NCBI GenBank assembly: GCA_937944855.1 | Contig: CALFAY010000047.1 | Coordinates: forward strand, 34,367-98,366 | DNA from: an uncultured Planctomycetota bacterium | Lineage (GTDB): Bacteria; Planctomycetota; Planctomycetia; Gemmatales; HRBIN36 | DNA length: 64,000 bases | Direction: 5' to 3' | Shown: positions 39,861 through 50,710 of the stretch, in pieces | How positions within the stretch are numbered: the stretch's first letter is position 1 | How the letters are laid out: every line of letters begins with the position of its first letter | Translations under genes and position numbers: made by a program | The notes under the pieces: generated by a model | Seen by the model: the letters and a program-made list of their open reading frames with translations, nothing else | The model's database searches: none | What the model was told of the DNA's origin: nothing

Positions 39861-42260
39861 ATGACGCGGCTCATTGCGACGATGCTGGTGGTGTTTGTGG
39901 GCGTCGGCCAGTTGGAGGCGCGGGGCGTGCTCCTCCCGACCGACCGGACCATGCCGCCCCTGCCTTTACTCAATCATCGCGTCGAAGTCACGATCGAAGA
40001 TCAGGTCGCCGTCACCAAGGTCGAGCAGACCTTCCGCAATTCCCTCCCTCGGCCCGTGGAGGCGACCTACGTTTTCCCGGTGCCTCGGGGAGCCAGCGTC
40101 CGCGAGTTCGCCATGTGGGTGGACGGCAAACGGGTGGCCGGGGAACTGGTCGAAGCCGCCAAGGCCCGCCAGATTTATACCGACATCGTGCGGCGGACCT
40201 ACGATCCCGGCCTCTTGGAATACCTCGGTCAGGATCTCCTCCAACTCCGGGTCTTCCCAGTCCCCCCTAACGGCGATCAGAAGATCGAACTGAGTTACAC
40301 CGCCGTCGCCAGGAAAGATCATGACACCGCCGAGTATGTCTATCCCCTTCGCATGGATGCCCGCAGCACGGCGACACTGGAAGACTTCGCCATCAAGCTC
40401 ACCCTCAAGTCGCAGCAGCCGATCGTCAACATTTACAGCCCGTCGCACCCCATTTCGATCAACCGTATTGGCGATCACGCGGCCGTCATTGGTTTCGAGA
40501 AGGGTCGGGCCGCGTTGGACCGCGATTTCCAGGTGTTCTGGACCACGGGCGGGCAGGACGTCGGCCTGACGGTGCTCGCGCACAAGCCGATGACGACCGA
40601 GGACGGCTACGTTCTGCTGTTGCTCTCGCCGCGTCCGGAACTGGCCGAGACGCAGCAGGTGCCCCGGGATCTGGTCTTCGTCCTCGACACCTCCGGCAGC
40701 ATGCGCGAGGACGGCAAGATGGACCAGGCGAAGAAAGCACTGAAGCACTGCCTGGACGGCCTTCGGGACATCGACCGCTTCGCCGTGCTGAATTTCGCCA
40801 CCACGGTCAACCGCTTCCGGGAGGGCCTGATTGCCGTGACGCCGGAGCACATTGACGCGGCCAAGAAATGGACCGACCGCTTGGAACCCAGCGGCGGCAC
40901 GGCCATCGACGACGCCTTGCAGCAAGCCCTGGCCATGCGACCCGGAGAGTCGGGACGGACTTTCACCATCGTCTTTCTGACCGACGGCAAGCCGACCATC
41001 GGCGAAACGAACCCGGACAAGATTCTGGACAACGTCGCGCGCCGGAGCACGAATCAGGTCCGCATCTTCACCTTCGGTGTCGGCCACGATCTCAACGCCG
41101 CTTTTCTCGATCAACTGGCCGAGAACACCCGCGCTGCCGGGGCCTACGTCCGGCCTAGCGAGGACATGGAGGTCAAGGTTTCCGGATTCTTCGCCAAGAT
41201 CAGCAAGCCGGTGCTGGCTGATCTGCGGCTGACCGTCAGCGGCGGAGCTACGCTCCAGGAGACGTACCCGCCGACACTGCCAGACCTATTCCACGGCGGA
41301 CAACTGGTCGTGCTGGCTCGATATTCCGGCTCCGGCACCACGCAGATCACTTTAAGCGGGACCATCGGCTCCCAGAAACGGGAGTACGTTTACACCGTGG
41401 ACTTTCCCCACAAGACGGAGGAGAAACGGTTCGTCGAGGACCTGTGGGCCCGCCGCAAGGTCGGCTATCTCCTGGAGCAGATCCGCCTCAACGGCGAGAA
41501 GAAGGAACTGGTGGACGAGGTGACGGCTCTGGCCAAGAAGTACGGCATCGCCACGCCGTACACGAGCTATCTGGTCGTGCCCGATGAGCCGGTGCCGATC
41601 CCGAGGCCGCCCGGCGTTCGCCCGTTCCCCGGCGTTCCGAAGCCGGACCTCCCGGTCGCTCTCCAGCCCCATGCCCCGGGACTGCCGCCGGGTGCCGAAG
41701 GAGGGGCCAAGAAAGTCGCCGATCTGGCCAAGGAACTGAAAGATCGCGGCAACCTAGTCGGGGCACGGGAGCACTTCGAGCAACGCAAGCTGCAAGGTGC
41801 GGGCCAGGCTCCCGGAGCAGGCGGAGCCGGTTCTCCGGTCGAGGCCCTTCAGCTGAAAGCCGCCCTGGACGAAGCCCGGGCTGCCTTCGGCAGAGACCTC
41901 CGCCGCGCTCAGGAGAATCGCTTGGGGGTCGATCTTTCGATGCAGATCGGCCAACTCAAGGGTGAAGCCCAGACCCGCCGCGCCGCCGCCCGTCAGGCTG
42001 CCCAGCGGCAGATGATCGAGGTGGGCGGCGTTTGGATCGACGAAGGGTTCGATCCCAAGATGCCGCAGGTGGTCGTCAAGGCGCTCAGCGACGGCTACTT
42101 CCGCCTGCTGGAGAAGCGGCCCGAACTCAAGGAACTGTTCCAACTGGGCAACTTCCTGGTGTACGTCACGCCGAGCGGGACGGCCCTCCTCATCGACCTG
42201 CAAGACGGCAAGGAGCAGCTGAGCGACGAGGAAATCGCCCGGTTGTTCGCCAAAGGTTGA
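39861..42260 (+). CDS. Secreted VIT and vWA domain protein
   Basis: Signal peptide, VIT (VEATYVFPVP...GELVE...DPGLLE), MIDAS DTSGSM, GGT, FLTDG. Confidence 0.9.
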   Translation: MTRLIATMLVVFVGVGQLEARGVLLPTDRTMPPLPLLNHRVEVTIEDQVAVTKVEQTFRNSLPRPVEATYVFPVPRGASVREFAMWVDGKRVAGELVEAAKARQIYTDIVRRTYDPGLLEYLGQDLLQLRVFPVPPNGDQKIELSYTAVARKDHDTAEYVYPLRMDARSTATLEDFAIKLTLKSQQPIVNIYSPSHPISINRIGDHAAVIGFEKGRAALDRDFQVFWTTGGQDVGLTVLAHKPMTTEDGYVLLLLSPRPELAETQQVPRDLVFVLDTSGSMREDGKMDQAKKALKHCLDGLRDIDRFAVLNFATTVNRFREGLIAVTPEHIDAAKKWTDRLEPSGGTAIDDALQQALAMRPGESGRTFTIVFLTDGKPTIGETNPDKILDNVARRSTNQVRIFTFGVGHDLNAAFLDQLAENTRAAGAYVRPSEDMEVKVSGFFAKISKPVLADLRLTVSGGATLQETYPPTLPDLFHGGQLVVLARYSGSGTTQITLSGTIGSQKREYVYTVDFPHKTEEKRFVEDLWARRKVGYLLEQIRLNGEKKELVDEVTALAKKYGIATPYTSYLVVPDEPVPIPRPPGVRPFPGVPKPDLPVALQPHAPGLPPGAEGGAKKVADLAKELKDRGNLVGAREHFEQRKLQGAGQAPGAGGAGSPVEALQLKAALDEARAAFGRDLRRAQENRLGVDLSMQIGQLKGEAQTRRAAARQAAQRQMIEVGGVWIDEGFDPKMPQVVVKALSDGYFRLLEKRPELKELFQLGNFLVYVTPSGTALLIDLQDGKEQLSDEEIARLFAKG

Positions 42261-42266
42261 ACCAGC

Positions 42267-43664
42267 TTAAACCGTCACGACGAGGCTGCTCGATTCGGCC
42301 AGCGGCAAGCGGACCGTGAACGTGCTGCCGACGCCGAGTTGGCTTGTCGCGTGCACCGATCCGCCGAGCGCCTGCACGAGGTGTTTGACGATGCTGAGGC
42401 CCAACCCGGTGCCGCCCAGTTCCCGACTGCGGGCCTTGTCCACGCGGTAGAAGCGTTCGAAGATGCGGCCCAGGTCTTTCTCCGGGATGCCGACGCCGGT
42501 ATCGGCCACCTCGATGACCGCCCAACCGTCCTGGGCAGACCAGCGGAGCGTGATCGTGCCGCCAGACGGGGTGTATTTGATGGCGTTGTCCACGAGGTTG
42601 TCGAGAATCTGAGCCAGGGCTTCCTCGTCGGCGTTGGCCAGGATCGGTTCCTGGGGCGGCTCCTGCCTCAGAGTCAAATGCTTGGCTTTGGCCCGGTCGA
42701 TCTGCCGCGACACGCAGGATTCGATGACGCCGGCCACCGCCAGCGGCACCGCCTCGATCCGCTCTTCCCCCGATTCGATGCGGCTGAGCGTGAGCAGATC
42801 CTGCACGAGAAAATGCAGGCGTTCGGCGTTTTCATGGACGCGCTGGAGAAAGCGGACGTTGTGTTCTGGATCCTCGATGGCCCCGTCCAGAAGCGTCTCC
42901 ACGGTCGCCTTGATGGCGGCCAAGGGCGTTTTGAGTTCGTGCGACACGTTGGCCACGAAATCCTGCCGGACGCGCTCCAGCCTGCGGACGTGGGTGATGT
43001 CGTGCAGCACGAGCACCGCCCCCTGGAGCGGTTCGCCGGGCAGCCGTGTGCCGTGCAGGGAGAAGACCTTCGGCTCCGGACCCGGCCAGTCCAGTTCGCA
43101 GCGCTGATGGCCGTCGCGGAAGACCACCTCGACCGCTTCGAGCAATTGCCGATGCCGCACCATCTCCCACAGCCGTTTGCCCTCCGAGCCTTCGAGCGGG
43201 ACGTTGAGCATGCGGCTGCCGGCCTCGTTGAGGAAGAGAATGCGTTGCTCGCCGTCGATGACGACCACCCCCTCGGCCATGCTGCGGAAGACCGCCCGCA
43301 GCTGCTCCAGTTCCTGGTGCATTCTGGCGATGGCGTCGGCGATGTTCTGGCCCATGTCGTTGAAGGCGGCGGTCAGGATGCCGATTTCGTCGCGGGACTG
43401 GATCGGAAGCGGCCGGTTGACGGGGGAACGGGTCCAAGTTCGGGCCGCGTCCGTGAGCCGAGCCACGGGACCGCACCACCTCCAGGCCGACCAGACGGCG
43501 GCCAGAGCGGAGGCGATCAGACCCGCCAGGCCGGCCACGCCGAAGGCCAGGACCGCATTTCCGGGGCTGTCGCCGAGCAGCAACCCCGCCGATACGCTCA
43601 AAACCACAAGCACGACCAGGACATGAGTAGCGAGCAGACGCCGCAGAATCCGCGAGCGAAGCAT
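42267..43664 (-). CDS. PhoR-like sensor histidine kinase (HAMP-PAS-HisKA-HATPase)
   Basis: FVANVSHELKTPL, NLVDNAIKY, DTGVGI, FERFYRVDKARSR, GTGLGLSI. Start may be 43700. Confidence 0.92.
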   Translation of the reverse strand: MLRSRILRRLLATHVLVVLVVLSVSAGLLLGDSPGNAVLAFGVAGLAGLIASALAAVWSAWRWCGPVARLTDAARTWTRSPVNRPLPIQSRDEIGILTAAFNDMGQNIADAIARMHQELEQLRAVFRSMAEGVVVIDGEQRILFLNEAGSRMLNVPLEGSEGKRLWEMVRHRQLLEAVEVVFRDGHQRCELDWPGPEPKVFSLHGTRLPGEPLQGAVLVLHDITHVRRLERVRQDFVANVSHELKTPLAAIKATVETLLDGAIEDPEHNVRFLQRVHENAERLHFLVQDLLTLSRIESGEERIEAVPLAVAGVIESCVSRQIDRAKAKHLTLRQEPPQEPILANADEEALAQILDNLVDNAIKYTPSGGTITLRWSAQDGWAVIEVADTGVGIPEKDLGRIFERFYRVDKARSRELGGTGLGLSIVKHLVQALGGSVHATSQLGVGSTFTVRLPLAESSSLVVTV

Positions 43665-43696
43665 CCCTCTCTCCCGACGACGCCTTGGCGAGCTTG

Positions 43697-44596
43697 TCAT
43701 TCCTCCTCGTCGTCTTCGTCCTCTTCGTCGTCCTCGTCAGGCGGCAGGCCTTCCCGCTGGCGTCGCTTGCGGCGTTCGATCTCGGCCCACTCCTTCTCTT
43801 CCTTTTCCTCGCGTTGTTTGCGGAACTGGGGAAACTCCAGCTTGACGTCTTCCTTCAAGAGGCTGAGCAGGCCGATCAGCCCAATGAAGAACCACGGAAT
43901 CGCCATGATGCAGGCGGTCATGGACAGGTAGTAGTTTTCCAATTTCTTCATGCTCTCCGCGCCAGCGAGCACGACGACGACGTAGATGAGCCTGACGACG
44001 AACAGGCCGAAGGCAGTCGCCCAGATCAGGCCGGTGGGAGCGTCGCCTGGTGCCGAGGGTCTGAAGAACGGCACGAAGACTTCCGCGACGAACAGGTCGG
44101 GCAGATCAGGTTTTTCCCCGCTGGGCGTGTTGCTGCTGATCTGTTCGAGCTTGAAGTTGTACAGCACCACGTCCAGCGAGATGAGCAGGAAAATCAGGAT
44201 TTCGACCACCAGGGCAATCAAGCCCATGATCTTCATCAGCTTGGCCGGGAAACCGACTTCCTTCCACGCCTTTTCCCGCTTGCGCTGGCGGAAATCGTCG
44301 CGGACCATCTGATCGACGCGATCGTCTTCCGGAGGCGGCTTGTCCTCTTCGATCTTGACCTGATAGGGGTTGAAATCGTCCTCCGCCTGCCAGGGCTTCT
44401 TGCCGGTATCGCTCGGCGACTTGGACGCGGTCCCCGGCTTGGCCGCCTGCTTGTTCGCCTTGGCGGCGACCTTCTCAGGGGCGGGGAGGCGAAATTTCTG
44501 ACCGCAATTGGGACACGAGACCAGGCTGCCGGCTTTGGACTCGTCGATGCCGAGGTCTTTACGGCACTTCGGATTGGGACACTTGACGCGAATCAT
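43697..44596 (-). CDS. Zn-ribbon membrane protein with acidic tail
   Basis: CPNPKC...CPNCG, three TM segments, DEDDEEDEDDEEE C-terminus. Confidence 0.8.
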   Translation of the reverse strand: MIRVKCPNPKCRKDLGIDESKAGSLVSCPNCGQKFRLPAPEKVAAKANKQAAKPGTASKSPSDTGKKPWQAEDDFNPYQVKIEEDKPPPEDDRVDQMVRDDFRQRKREKAWKEVGFPAKLMKIMGLIALVVEILIFLLISLDVVLYNFKLEQISSNTPSGEKPDLPDLFVAEVFVPFFRPSAPGDAPTGLIWATAFGLFVVRLIYVVVVLAGAESMKKLENYYLSMTACIMAIPWFFIGLIGLLSLLKEDVKLEFPQFRKQREEKEEKEWAEIERRKRRQREGLPPDEDDEEDEDDEEE

Positions 44597-44602
44597 GGCT
44601 GC

Positions 44603-46537
44603 TCACTTGACTGCGAGCAACGGGCCTGATGCTGCCGGGGCGGCCATCCCGTTGCCGTTGTGAAGGGTTTCCAAAGCCCACTCGATCTCCAGTTCAGCAC
44701 ACGTTTCCGGTGTCGGCAAGCCCGTTTCCGGGTCCCAGCCCATCATGCGGTAGTAGGTACGCAACATCCGGCGGAAATCGTCCCGATCCAGCTTCTCGCC
44801 TTTCAAGGCGCCGGCCTCCAGGGGTTCAAAGAAGCGGTCGGGAAGCGTGTCGGCTTCGGTCGCCAGACCTTCGCGGTGATTGTACAGCCGGCACAAGGCG
44901 CTCTGCCGCTCCGCCGCCTTGAGCAGTTCCCACAGACTGGCGTTCCAGCCGGTCATGCCGTTGAAGAAATCCACCAGCGGCCCCATCTCCAGCTTGCCGA
45001 TGGGCACGCCGACGAAGCAGCACATGCCCAGAATGTTGTAAAGCCCCCACAGCTTCTGACAGTAGGTGAAGGCCCGGACTTTTTTCGGCCCGGTGTCCAG
45101 CATGTCCACCGGTTCGATGAGGCCGAGCGGGGCCAGCGGGTGCTTGCCGGCGTAGAAGCCCTCGTAGAGCGGATCGTGCGGGGCTTCCATGTGGTCGGCC
45201 CCGGTCGGACTGGTGGAGTAGGCCAGGGCCAGGCTCTTTTTGCCGCGCGGCTCGTGCATCGGCACCTCCTGGCCGCGAACGTGCAGGGCCAGCTTCTCGG
45301 CTCCGCGACCGAGCTTTCGGGCTGCCCGCATCACGCCTTCCGCCAGCAGATCCCCGATCCCTTCCCGCCGGGCGATCAAGGGAATCAAACGGATCGGCAC
45401 TTCCGGGTCGCCATAGGGCAGATCGAAGCCGACGTCCTGGCGGGTGAGAATGCCCTGGCTGAAACACTCGATGGCGAAGGAGATGACCACGCCGGTCGAG
45501 ATGGTGTCGAGGACGTACTGGCTGCACAACTGATTGGCCAGTGCGATCCGCTTCAGATCGTGGATGCCGTTCATGGTGCCGATCGCGGCGATGGTCTCGT
45601 ATTCGGGTCCACCGAACTTGGGCGTCACGCCCAGCTCCGGCACCGTGACTTCCCGCTTGCAGGCGACGGCGCAGGCGTAACAGGTACCGCGGCGGGTCAG
45701 GATCGTGGCCGACATCCGCTCGCCGGTCACGTCCTGGAAATGCTCGAAGGCACCGTCCTTGAAATGGCGGGTGGGCAGGATGCCGAGTCCCTGGAGCGTC
45801 TTGACGCCCCGGGCCGTGCCGTGCAGGTGCATCGTGTCCTGGGTCCGGTCGTAGTTTTCCTTGAACCAGCGAAGCACGTCGCGGGTGGCGTCGGCATCCT
45901 CGGCCGGGACCTTGTGCCTGCCGCCCACTGCGATGGCCTTGAGATTCTTGGAACCCATCACGGCCCCCAACCCGCAGCGGCCGTGGAAATGGCGGCAATT
46001 GTTGACCAGGGCGGCATAGCGGACGCGGTTCTCGCCGGCCACGCCGGTCTGGAGCACCACGACGCGGCGGTCCTGAAGCTCGTCATGAATGCCGTCATCC
46101 ACTTCGCCGGAGAGTTGTCCCCAATAGCGGCTGGCGTCGCGGAATTCGCACTGGCCGTCCCAGATCACCAGGTAGGTTGGCTGCTTCGCTCGGCCCGTGA
46201 TGATGATCCCATCGAAGCCGGCCTGCTTAAGCGCCGGACCCCAGTAGCCGCCCGCTTCTGATTCGCCAAAACCGCCGGTGAGCGGACTCTTGGCCACGGC
46301 CGAGTAGCGGTTCGTCCCGGACAAGGCCGAGCCGTTCATGGCGCTGGTCAGGAACATCAGCAGGGCGGCGGGATCATAGGGGTCCATTCCGGCCGGCGTT
46401 TCGCGGAGCAGGAAGTAGGCTCCCAGCAGTCCGCCGCCCAGATAGCGGCGCAGGATCGCCTCGTCGAGCGGCTCGACTCGCGTCGTTTTGTCGGTCAGGT
46501 CCACGCGCAGAATCTTTCCGGCAAAACCACCGGGCAT
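44603..46537 (-). CDS. Aldehyde:ferredoxin oxidoreductase family (W/Mo-pterin) protein
   Basis: GKILRVDL, KSPLTGG, GR.GLGAVMGSKNLKA, CYACAVAC, GPEYET, RMMGWD..G.P. Confidence 0.92.
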   Translation of the reverse strand: MPGGFAGKILRVDLTDKTTRVEPLDEAILRRYLGGGLLGAYFLLRETPAGMDPYDPAALLMFLTSAMNGSALSGTNRYSAVAKSPLTGGFGESEAGGYWGPALKQAGFDGIIITGRAKQPTYLVIWDGQCEFRDASRYWGQLSGEVDDGIHDELQDRRVVVLQTGVAGENRVRYAALVNNCRHFHGRCGLGAVMGSKNLKAIAVGGRHKVPAEDADATRDVLRWFKENYDRTQDTMHLHGTARGVKTLQGLGILPTRHFKDGAFEHFQDVTGERMSATILTRRGTCYACAVACKREVTVPELGVTPKFGGPEYETIAAIGTMNGIHDLKRIALANQLCSQYVLDTISTGVVISFAIECFSQGILTRQDVGFDLPYGDPEVPIRLIPLIARREGIGDLLAEGVMRAARKLGRGAEKLALHVRGQEVPMHEPRGKKSLALAYSTSPTGADHMEAPHDPLYEGFYAGKHPLAPLGLIEPVDMLDTGPKKVRAFTYCQKLWGLYNILGMCCFVGVPIGKLEMGPLVDFFNGMTGWNASLWELLKAAERQSALCRLYNHREGLATEADTLPDRFFEPLEAGALKGEKLDRDDFRRMLRTYYRMMGWDPETGLPTPETCAELEIEWALETLHNGNGMAAPAASGPLLAVK

Positions 46538-46701
46538 CGGGCTTCTCCTTGCTTGGCTTCAACGGTTCCGGTGTTGCCAATGTACTGCCCCAGCATAAGC
46601 GTTTCCATACGTCCTGCGGCTTGCGTCTTTGCTATAACGGTTCCCTGACGGTCCTGACGCGGGCAGCCAAGAACCTTACGATCCTTTGAGGCAACGCAGA
46701 C

Positions 46702-48147
46702 ATGGCGGAAACGCACAACTTGGAGAAGGCCGAACTGGTCGTTCTGGGCGGCGGACCGGGCGGCTACGCGGCTGCCTTCCATGCCGCCGATCTCGGCCTC
46801 AAGCCGGTGCTGGTCGAACAGGAAAAGCGGCTGGGCGGCGTCTGCCTGCTGCGGGGCTGCATCCCCTCGAAAGCGCTCATCACCGCTGCCGAGTTCTACG
46901 AACGCATCCGCCATGCCGACCAGATGGGCATCGTTGTCAGGGATGTGTCTCTCGATATGGCTCGCGTGGGGGCCTGGCGGGACAAAGTCATCGGCGATCT
47001 GGCTTCCGGACTCGATCTGCTGGGCAAACAGCGAGGAATCCGCCGCATCGTCGGGAGAGGGACTTTCCGAGGTCCGCACGAGTTGGAAATCTCCGGCCCC
47101 GACGGGAACCAGATCCTGCCCTTCGAGAAAGCCGTGATCGCCGTGGGCAGCTCCACCTCGTTGCCGCCGCCCTTCCGCAAATCAGAGCGGATCGTGACCT
47201 CCGACGAGGCCTTGTTTCTCGACCGGGTGCCGGAAACCCTGCTGGTCGTGGGCGGCGGCTACATCGGGGTCGAGCTGGGCAGTTGTTACGCGGCGTTCGG
47301 CAGTCGGGTCGTGATCGTGGAATTGCTCGACCGGCTGCTGTCAGGAACCGATGCCGATCTCGTGCGGGTTCTGCGACAGCGGCTCGACCAGCGGGGCGTG
47401 GAAGTGCATCTGGAATCCCGCGTCGTGGAGGCGACGGAGACCGCCGACGGCGTCGAGGTTGCGGTCCAGCCCCGCGAGGGCGAGCCGTGGAAACGAACGT
47501 TCGATGTGGTCCTGGTCGCCATCGGGCGGAAGCCGAACACGGGGAATCTGGGATTGGACAAAGCGGGTGTCGAGGTGGACGCGGCGGGACACCTCCGCGT
47601 CAACAGCCGCTTGCAGACCCATCTCCCGCACCTGTTCGCCATCGGCGACTGCACGGGGCAGCCATATCTGGCCCACCGAGCCAAGCAGCAGGGCCTCGTC
47701 GCCGCGGAGGTCCTCGCCGGCAAACCGGCCGAGTTCGACAACCGCACCGTGCCGGCGGTCATTTTCGGCGATCCGGAAATCGCGTACTGCGGCCTGTCGG
47801 AGGAAGAGGCCAGGAAGGCCGGGTATCGCGTGAAAGTCGGCCGCTTCCGCTTCGCAGCCAACGGCCGGGCGCGGACCCTGGGCCAGACCGACGGCCTCAT
47901 CAACGTCATTGCCGAGGAAGGAACCGAAACCATTCTCGGCGTCCGCATGGTGGGGCCGCTGGTTTCCGAACTGCTCGGCGAAGCGACGCTGGCCGTCGAG
48001 ACGGGGGCGGTGGTCGAAGACCTGATCGGCACCATCCATGCCCACCCGACCTTGAGCGAAGCCTTGCAGGAGGCGGCCGAGGCCGTTCGCGGACATGCCC
48101 TGCACGCCGCCCGGGCTGTGCAGCGGCCTCGAGAAGGGAAGCCGTGA
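46702..48147 (+). CDS. lpdA: Dihydrolipoyl dehydrogenase
   Basis: GGGPGGY, GGVCLLRGCIPSK redox disulfide, GGGYIGVE, IGD, LAH, HAHPTLSE. Confidence 0.93.
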   Translation: MAETHNLEKAELVVLGGGPGGYAAAFHAADLGLKPVLVEQEKRLGGVCLLRGCIPSKALITAAEFYERIRHADQMGIVVRDVSLDMARVGAWRDKVIGDLASGLDLLGKQRGIRRIVGRGTFRGPHELEISGPDGNQILPFEKAVIAVGSSTSLPPPFRKSERIVTSDEALFLDRVPETLLVVGGGYIGVELGSCYAAFGSRVVIVELLDRLLSGTDADLVRVLRQRLDQRGVEVHLESRVVEATETADGVEVAVQPREGEPWKRTFDVVLVAIGRKPNTGNLGLDKAGVEVDAAGHLRVNSRLQTHLPHLFAIGDCTGQPYLAHRAKQQGLVAAEVLAGKPAEFDNRTVPAVIFGDPEIAYCGLSEEEARKAGYRVKVGRFRFAANGRARTLGQTDGLINVIAEEGTETILGVRMVGPLVSELLGEATLAVETGAVVEDLIGTIHAHPTLSEALQEAAEAVRGHALHAARAVQRPREGKP

Positions 48148-48185
48148 AAAACAGACGAGGCGGTTCGTGGGTGAACCGCCTCGTC
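48147..48185 (-). terminator. Intrinsic terminator between convergent lpdA and clpC
   Basis: 13-bp perfect stem GACGAGGCGGTTC/GAACCGCCTCGTC (48154-48185), followed on the - strand by TGTTTTT. Confidence 0.75.
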
Positions 48186-48211
48186 GAAAGGCTGGCGGAT
48201 GACTCGACTCG

Positions 48212-50710
48212 TCACGAAGTCCCGGCGGGGACCAACTCCTGCTGCTGAGCGGAGCCGGATACGCCTTCGAAGACGAACTTCTTCTCGCCGTCGACTTCCT
48301 CCAACCGGACGAGGATCGTGTCCTTGCCCGTGAAGCTGCCGCGGAGCAGTTCCTCGGCCAGCGGGTCTTCGAGCAGGTGTTCAATGGCCCGCCGCAGCGG
48401 CCGAGCGCCGAACTCGGGGCTGTAGCCCTTGTCGATCAGGTGTTCGCGGGCTTCCGGCGTCAGTTCCAGCTTCATGCCGCGTTCCTTAAGCCGCTTGAAG
48501 ACCTTGGCCAGTTCGATGTCCACGATCTTCTGGAGGTCTGCGCGGGTCAGGGGGCGGAAGACGATGATGTCGTCGAGACGGTTCAGGAACTCAGGACGGA
48601 AGTTCTGTTCCAGAGCACCCTTGAGCGTCTCCTTCATCTTCTCATAGCTCGTTTCCTCATCCCGCTTGCCCAGGCCGAACGGTAGCCGATTGGTGATCTG
48701 CTCGGCCCCGACGTTGGTGGTCATGATGATGATGGTGTTGCGGAAGTCCACAGTCCGGCCGTAGCTGTCGGTGAGGCGGCCTTCTTCCATGATCTGGAGG
48801 AAGATGTTCCAGACGTCCGAATGGGCCTTCTCGATTTCGTCGAGGAGCACGACGCTGTAAGGCCGACGGCGGATCTTCTCGGTCAACTGCCCGCCTTCCT
48901 CGTAACCGACGTAGCCGGGCGGCGCGCCGATCAGACGGCTGACGTTGTGCTTCTCCTGGTACTCGCTCATGTCGATCTGGACCAGGGCGTTCTCGTCGCC
49001 GAACATGAACTCGGCCAGCCGCTTGGCCAGCAGCGTCTTTCCGACACCGGTCGGTCCAGCGAAGATCAACGTGCCGATGGGCCGCTTCGGATCCTTGATG
49101 CCGGAACGGCTCCGCCGCACGGCCCGGGCAATGGCCGAAATCGCCTGATCCTGGCTGACCACTGCCTTGTGCAGTTCCTCCTCCATGCGGAGCAGGCGGG
49201 TCGTCTCCTCGTCGCTGATCCGCTTCAGCGGCACGCCGGTCATCTTGCTGACGACCTCGCTGATGACATCCTCATCGACGATGCCGTCGATCTCCTTCGA
49301 CTTCTCCCGCCATTCGCGCTGGATCTGCTCCTTGCGTCGCTTCAACTGGTCGGCCTGGTCGCGGAGATGGGCGGCCTTCTCGAAATCCTGCTCGGCCACG
49401 GCCGCTTCCTTTTCCTGGTTGAGCCGTTCAATCTCCTCGTCGATCTGCTTGAGGTCCGGCGGACGGGTCATGGCCTTGAGCCGCACCCGGGCGCCGGCCT
49501 CGTCGATGACGTCGATGGCCTTGTCGGGCAGGCAGCGGCCGGAGATGTAGCGGTCGGACAGTTCCACCGCCGCTACCAGGGCCTTGTCGGTGATCTGCAC
49601 GCGGTGATGGGCCTCGTAGCGGTCCCGCAGTCCGCGCAGGATCTCGATGGCCTCATCCCGCGACGGCGGATTGACAATGATCTGCTGGAAGCGGCGTTCC
49701 AGGGCGCTGTCCTTCTCGATGTACTTGCGGTATTCATCCAGCGTGGTCGCGCCGATGCACTGGATCTCGCCGCGCGCCAGGGCCGGCTTGAGCACGTTGG
49801 AGGCGTCGATGGCTCCCTCCGCGCCGCCGGCGCCTACCAGGGTGTGCAGTTCGTCGATGAACAGGATGGTATTCTTGGCCCGGCGGACTTCGTTCATGAC
49901 CGCCTTGATGCGTTCCTCGAACTGCCCGCGGTACTTGGTGCCGGCGACCATCATGGCCAGGTCGAGGACGACGATGCGGCGGTCGCGGAGCAGATCGGGC
50001 ACGTTGCCGTCCACGATCATCTGGGCCAGGCCCTCGACGATCGCGGTCTTGCCCACGCCCGCCTCCCCCAGCAGGACAGGGTTGTTCTTGGTGCGACGAC
50101 TGAGAATCTGAACAACGCGTTCGATTTCGTTCTGTCGGCCGATGACCGGATCGAGCTTGCCTTGCCGGGCCAGATCGGTCAGGTCGCGTCCGAAACTGTC
50201 GAGAGCGGGAGTCTTGGACTTGCTGGTCTTGCTGCTGGTCCGCTCGCCGCCGCTTTCGCTTGGTTCCATGTTGTTGTGCCCCAACAGATTGAGGACCTCT
50301 TCCCGGACGTCTTCGAGCTTGAGGCCCAGGTTCATCAGGACCTGAGCGGCCACGCCTTCCTGCTCGCGCAGCAGGCCGAGCAGCAGGTGTTCCGTTCCGA
50401 CGTAATTGTGATTAAGGTTGCGTGCCTCCTCGATGGCGTATTCGATGACCTTCTTGGCCCGCGGCGTCTGGGGCAGCTTGCCCATCGTCACCATCTCGGG
50501 ACCGCTTTGTACGATCTTCTCGACCTCCAGCCGGATCTTGCGGAGATCGATATCGAGATTCTTCAGGACATTAGCGGCTACCCCGGACCCCTCTTTGACC
50601 AGCCCGAGCAGGATATGCTCGGTGCCGATGTACTCGTGGTTGAAGCGCTGCGCCTCCTGATTGGCGAGCTGCATCACCTTACGAGCTCGGTCGGTAAATC
50701 GTTCATACAT
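48212..50710 (-). CDS. clpC: ATP-dependent Clp protease ATP-binding subunit ClpC
   Basis: [13 protein letters not shown]-domain, [22 protein letters not shown] motif ([19 protein letters not shown]), [13 protein letters not shown] ClpP-docking-like loop. Confidence 0.96.
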   Translation of the reverse strand: MYERFTDRARKVMQLANQEAQRFNHEYIGTEHILLGLVKEGSGVAANVLKNLDIDLRKIRLEVEKIVQSGPEMVTMGKLPQTPRAKKVIEYAIEEARNLNHNYVGTEHLLLGLLREQEGVAAQVLMNLGLKLEDVREEVLNLLGHNNMEPSESGGERTSSKTSKSKTPALDSFGRDLTDLARQGKLDPVIGRQNEIERVVQILSRRTKNNPVLLGEAGVGKTAIVEGLAQMIVDGNVPDLLRDRRIVVLDLAMMVAGTKYRGQFEERIKAVMNEVRRAKNTILFIDELHTLVGAGGAEGAIDASNVLKPALARGEIQCIGATTLDEYRKYIEKDSALERRFQQIIVNPPSRDEAIEILRGLRDRYEAHHRVQITDKALVAAVELSDRYISGRCLPDKAIDVIDEAGARVRLKAMTRPPDLKQIDEEIERLNQEKEAAVAEQDFEKAAHLRDQADQLKRRKEQIQREWREKSKEIDGIVDEDVISEVVSKMTGVPLKRISDEETTRLLRMEEELHKAVVSQDQAISAIARAVRRSRSGIKDPKRPIGTLIFAGPTGVGKTLLAKRLAEFMFGDENALVQIDMSEYQEKHNVSRLIGAPPGYVGYEEGGQLTEKIRRRPYSVVLLDEIEKAHSDVWNIFLQIMEEGRLTDSYGRTVDFRNTIIIMTTNVGAEQITNRLPFGLGKRDEETSYEKMKETLKGALEQNFRPEFLNRLDDIIVFRPLTRADLQKIVDIELAKVFKRLKERGMKLELTPEAREHLIDKGYSPEFGARPLRRAIEHLLEDPLAEELLRGSFTGKDTILVRLEEVDGEKKFVFEGVSGSAQQQELVPAGTS

